A DNA stretch of 64,000 nucleotides from Trueperaceae bacterium. Lineage in GTDB: Bacteria > Deinococcota > Deinococci > Deinococcales > Trueperaceae. How positions within the stretch are numbered: position 1 is the stretch's first letter; each line of letters starts with the position of its first letter. The translations under genes and the position numbers were made by a program. This document shows, in pieces, positions 60,695 through 64,000 of the stretch. The stretch lies in the NCBI GenBank assembly GCA_034521815.1, contig JAXHLW010000013.1:672001-736000 (forward strand), given 5' to 3'. The notes under the pieces were generated by a model, which searched no databases, was not told the origin of the DNA, and saw nothing but the letters and a program-made list of their open reading frames with translations.

Positions 60695-61786
60695 TCAGCC
60701 TGCCGCGACCACGCCCTGAAGCTCCTGCAGCGTGATCAGCACGATGAGGGTCAGCACAGCGAGAATCCCGATGAAGTGGAACGCCTCTTCCTGACCGGGC
60801 TTGAACGGTCGCCCCCGGATCGCCACCACCGTGGACAGGAACAGCCGCCCGCCGTCCAGCCCCGGGATGGGCAAGAGGTTGAACACCGCCAGCGAGAAGT
60901 TGATGATCGCCGCGAGGACCAGAACGGGCGCCACCCCGATCCTGGCCGCGTCCGAGACCAGGCCGACCATCCCGACCGGTCCCGCGACCTCCTCGCTGGA
61001 CCGACCGGTCAGAACGCTTCCGAACCCTCGCACGAAGCCGCTGACCATCTGCGGCACGGCCCGGACGGCGAACGCCGCCGACTCGCCGAAGGCCGTCCAC
61101 GGTGCGACGCTCTCGACCGAGGCGGGCGCGAGCTGGACGCCCAGAAGGGGACGCTCGTCGGGTGCGAGCCCCTCGGGAGGCCAGGCGAGCGACAGCCGTC
61201 GCTCGCTCCCGTCGCGCTGGACGACGAGCTCCAGGGTCCCTTCCGCCGTCCGAATCGCTTCGGCGGCCTCGTCCGGCCTGGGGTCGGCGACGCCTTGGAC
61301 CGACAGCAGCCGATCGCCGGCGACCAGGCCGGCCTGGGCAGCGACCGAGTCGTCGACCACCTGGGCGATCACCGTCCCCGACACGTCGGGCTCCGTGCCG
61401 GTGGTGAGCGCACGGTAGCCGGGCTGCAGCAGCACCGCGATCGTGAGCAACACCGTGCCCAGCACGAAGTTCGCGAGAACGCCACCGCTCAGGACCCACG
61501 CCTTCGCGGCCAGCCCCAGGGTCGCCATGCCCTCGGTCGGGTTCTGCAGGGTGCCGTTCTCGTCCGGCTCCGACGACATGCCCGGAAGATCGACGTACCC
61601 GCCCAGCGGGATCGCCGACAGGCGCCACTCCGTGCCCCTCCAACGGCGGCGCCACAGGACCGGGCCGAAGCCGATGCTGAACGCCCGCACCGGCAAGCCG
61701 ACGCTGCGCGCGTTGAGGTAGTGCGCGAGCTCGTGCACCATCACCGCGCTGAAGAGGATGAGGACGAACACCAGGCCGGTCGTCAT
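60695..61786 (-). CDS. rseP: Site-2 membrane zinc metalloprotease (M50) with PDZ domain
   Basis: HELAH, FSIGFGP, IPLGGYV, NLLPIPGLDGG. Confidence 0.93.
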   Translation of the reverse strand: MTTGLVFVLILFSAVMVHELAHYLNARSVGLPVRAFSIGFGPVLWRRRWRGTEWRLSAIPLGGYVDLPGMSSEPDENGTLQNPTEGMATLGLAAKAWVLSGGVLANFVLGTVLLTIAVLLQPGYRALTTGTEPDVSGTVIAQVVDDSVAAQAGLVAGDRLLSVQGVADPRPDEAAEAIRTAEGTLELVVQRDGSERRLSLAWPPEGLAPDERPLLGVQLAPASVESVAPWTAFGESAAFAVRAVPQMVSGFVRGFGSVLTGRSSEEVAGPVGMVGLVSDAARIGVAPVLVLAAIINFSLAVFNLLPIPGLDGGRLFLSTVVAIRGRPFKPGQEEAFHFIGILAVLTLIVLITLQELQGVVAAG

Positions 61787-61921
61787 GCGGAACGCTCCAT
61801 GACGGCAGTATCCCAGCCCGGCGGCGGTTTTCCGGTCAGCCGCTTCACCATCGCGTCCAGGACCACCGCCGGCACCGGTTCGAGCGGAACCGGTTCGAGT
61901 GGACCGGTGCGCGGCGTCGAC

Positions 61922-63064
61922 TCAGCGAGCGACGTTCGTACGATCGTCGACCCAGGCACGCGTGACGCGTCGCGCCTCCGCGTCGGCCCTCTCGACCGCG
62001 TCCCAGCCCAGCGCTTCGGGCGCCACGGCGTCCAGCGCGGCGGCCAGCGCCTCGGTGATGGCGGGAAACGCGATCCGACCGTCCAGGAACGCCGCAACCG
62101 CCACTTCGTCGGCCGCGTTGAGCACCGCCGGCGCGGTGCCGCCCCGCCGTCCGGCCTCGAACGCCAGCGACAACGCGGGGAAGCGCTCGTGGTCGGGCGG
62201 CGCGAAGGTCCAGCTTCCGTTCAGCGGAAGCGGCGCGAGGGGCAACGCCGGCCGCGCCACGCCCTCGACGCCCCATGCGATCGGGAGCCGCATGTCGTGA
62301 GGGCCGATCTGGGCCTTCAGCGATCCGTCCCGGAACCGGATCAGCGCGTGCACCAGCGACTGAGGATGGACCACGACGTCGATGGCGTCCAAGGGCAGGT
62401 CGAACAGCGCGTGGGCCTCGAGCACCTCGAGGCCCTTGTTGAACAGCGTCGCCGAGTCGATCGTCACCTTCGGCCCCATCGACCAGGTCGGATGGTCCAG
62501 CGCCTGCTTCGGCGTTACGGAGGCGAGGTCGGCGGGCCCGTCGCGGAACGGTCCGCCCGAGGCGGTCAGGATCACCGTTTCGATCGCGTCGCGGCGCTCG
62601 CCGAGGAGCAGCTGAGCGATGCCGGCGTGCTCCGAGTCGACGGGCGTGATCCGCGCGTCCGATCTGCGCGCCTCCTCGCGGACCAGCGGCCCGGCGACGA
62701 CCATCGCTTCCTTCGTGGCCAGGGCGACGTGCCGGCCCGCCCGGACCGCGGCCCGCACCGGCGCGACGCCCGCCATGCCTGGAATGGCGGCCACGACCGT
62801 GTCGACCGGCCACGCGGCGGCGTCCGCCACCGCCTCGTCGCCCGAGGCGAGCCGGGTCCCCGCGGGCAGCCCGTCGCGCACGCGGTCCTCGACCCGGCGG
62901 TCGCATACGACCAGCTCGGGACGGAACTCGTGGGCCTGAGCGATGAGCAGGTCGGCGTTCCGGCCGGCGACGAGCGCCACGACGCGCCAGCCGCGCATGC
63001 GCGCGACGTCCAGCGTCTGCGTGCCGATCGAGCCGGTCGATCCGAGGACCGTCAAGGTTCGCAT
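61922..63064 (-). CDS. dxr: 1-deoxy-D-xylulose-5-phosphate reductoisomerase
   Basis: LGSTGSIG, PVDSEH, LTASGGPF, HPTWSMGPKVTIDSAT, NKGLE. Confidence 0.96.
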   Translation of the reverse strand: MRTLTVLGSTGSIGTQTLDVARMRGWRVVALVAGRNADLLIAQAHEFRPELVVCDRRVEDRVRDGLPAGTRLASGDEAVADAAAWPVDTVVAAIPGMAGVAPVRAAVRAGRHVALATKEAMVVAGPLVREEARRSDARITPVDSEHAGIAQLLLGERRDAIETVILTASGGPFRDGPADLASVTPKQALDHPTWSMGPKVTIDSATLFNKGLEVLEAHALFDLPLDAIDVVVHPQSLVHALIRFRDGSLKAQIGPHDMRLPIAWGVEGVARPALPLAPLPLNGSWTFAPPDHERFPALSLAFEAGRRGGTAPAVLNAADEVAVAAFLDGRIAFPAITEALAAALDAVAPEALGWDAVERADAEARRVTRAWVDDRTNVAR

Positions 63065-63106
63065 GCCCGCAGTTTCGCACGCGCTCGCGGGTGCTAGCAT
63101 CACGCC

Positions 63107-63736
63107 ATGCTGGTACGCGAATGGATGACGCCCCGTCCCGAGGTCGTGACGGAACGGACCCCGGTGATGGAGGCGATGGATCGGATGCGGCAGGGCGGGT
63201 ATCGCAGGCTTCCCGTCGTCGAGGAGGGGCGCCTGATCGGGATCGTGACCGATCGCGACCTCAAGGAGGCGACGCCCTCCTCGGCCACCACGCTGTCGGT
63301 CTACGAGCTGAACTTCCTGCTCGGTCGCATGAAGGTGGGCGAGGTGATGACGACCGACCTGAAGACGATCGACCAGGACGACACGATCGAGAACGCTGCG
63401 CTGACGATGGAGGAGGCCCGCGTGTCGGGCCTTCCGGTCGTCGGCCCGGACGGGCTGGTCGGGATCCTGACGATCACCGACCTGCTCCGGGCGCTGGTGG
63501 GGTTCCTGGGGCTGCGCGAGGGCGGCACCCGCGTCACGGTCGACGTGCCCGACGAGCCCGGCGTGCTGGCGCGGGTCGCGACGGCGGCGCCCCCGTCCAA
63601 CATCGTCGCCGCGGTGACCTCCGCGGTGGAGCCCGGCCGGACCCGTCGGATCGTGCTGCGGCTGGTCGGGCCCGAGGCGGCCTCGTTCCCGGAGCGACTG
63701 GCCGCCTCGGGTCTCACGGCGAGCGACGTGCGGTGA
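63107..63736 (+). CDS. CBS-pair + ACT domain protein (AcuB-like)
   Basis: Two CBS repeats (RLPVV..GIVTDRD; GLPVV..GILTITD), DEPGVLA ACT-like motif. Confidence 0.88.
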   Translation: MLVREWMTPRPEVVTERTPVMEAMDRMRQGGYRRLPVVEEGRLIGIVTDRDLKEATPSSATTLSVYELNFLLGRMKVGEVMTTDLKTIDQDDTIENAALTMEEARVSGLPVVGPDGLVGILTITDLLRALVGFLGLREGGTRVTVDVPDEPGVLARVATAAPPSNIVAAVTSAVEPGRTRRIVLRLVGPEAASFPERLAASGLTASDVR

Positions 63737-64000
63737 GCCAGCGTCCGAACGAGACCGCTGCACGTCTCGCCGACGCGGCCGCCGGCGGCCGCGTGGCGCA
63801 CTCGGGCTTCATGGACGAGGCGGACGCGGCCGCCTGCCTGGCCCGGCTGCGCTCGTTGGGCGTCGCGGCCAGCGCCACCGGCGGGGTTCCGGCGGCCGCT
63901 CGGCGGGTCGTGACCGCCCGACCGGAGCACGTGCCGGCCGCCAGCCGGGCCCTGGCGGCGCTGTACCTGCCCGGCGTGCACGATCCGGACGAGGCGCGTG
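63733..64000 (+). CDS. Probable YlmH/Sll1252-family RNA-binding protein, N-terminal part (truncated)
   Basis: Hand translation VSQRPNETAARLADAAAGGRVAHSGFMDE...GGVPAAARRVV; GTGA overlap with previous gene. Confidence 0.55.
   Translation, partial: MSQRPNETAARLADAAAGGRVAHSGFMDEADAAACLARLRSLGVAASATGGVPAAARRVVTARPEHVPAASRALAALYLPGVHDPDEAR

Noticed and set aside
61783-62097. 104-aa ORF between dxr and rseP
   Set aside because: Overlaps dxr out of frame and is largely explained by a 15-bp duplication; no start signal or motif.

Overview
A 64-kb, very GC-rich bacterial chromosomal segment. Gene content and style (Deinococcus-type CrtO/CruF carotenoid genes, short GidA-like protein, futalosine-pathway MqnD, many apparently leaderless genes with a TANNNT box 6-8 nt before the start codon) point to Deinococcota, possibly Trueperaceae-like; this placement is inference. 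Most of the window is housekeeping: efp-accB-accC-asp23-nusB-folD, an Opp-type peptide ABC transporter, secG, tRNA-Leu(CAA), purQLF, dgt, ispG, pyrD, scpA, typA, menG, mqnD, infC-rpmI-rplT, hisD, rseP, dxr. No mobile element, prophage or CRISPR array was seen. The most interesting system is the minus-strand cluster at 1-8177: serine palmitoyltransferase-like enzyme, YghO-like/bacterial ceramide synthase-type N-acyltransferase, CPBP membrane protein, NAD(P)-dependent reductase, GT28 glycosyltransferase, MMPL exporter and a flippase-like protein. It reads as a candidate glycosphingolipid synthesis-and-export pathway in a lineage not classically associated with sphingolipids. Second is a carotenoid acyl-glycoside cluster with a lycopene cyclase-CruF hydratase fusion. 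Recurrent short tandem duplications (some stacking stop codons in all three frames) and three apparent 5'-end frameshifts were also noted. All family assignments are from motif recognition by eye, not database searches.
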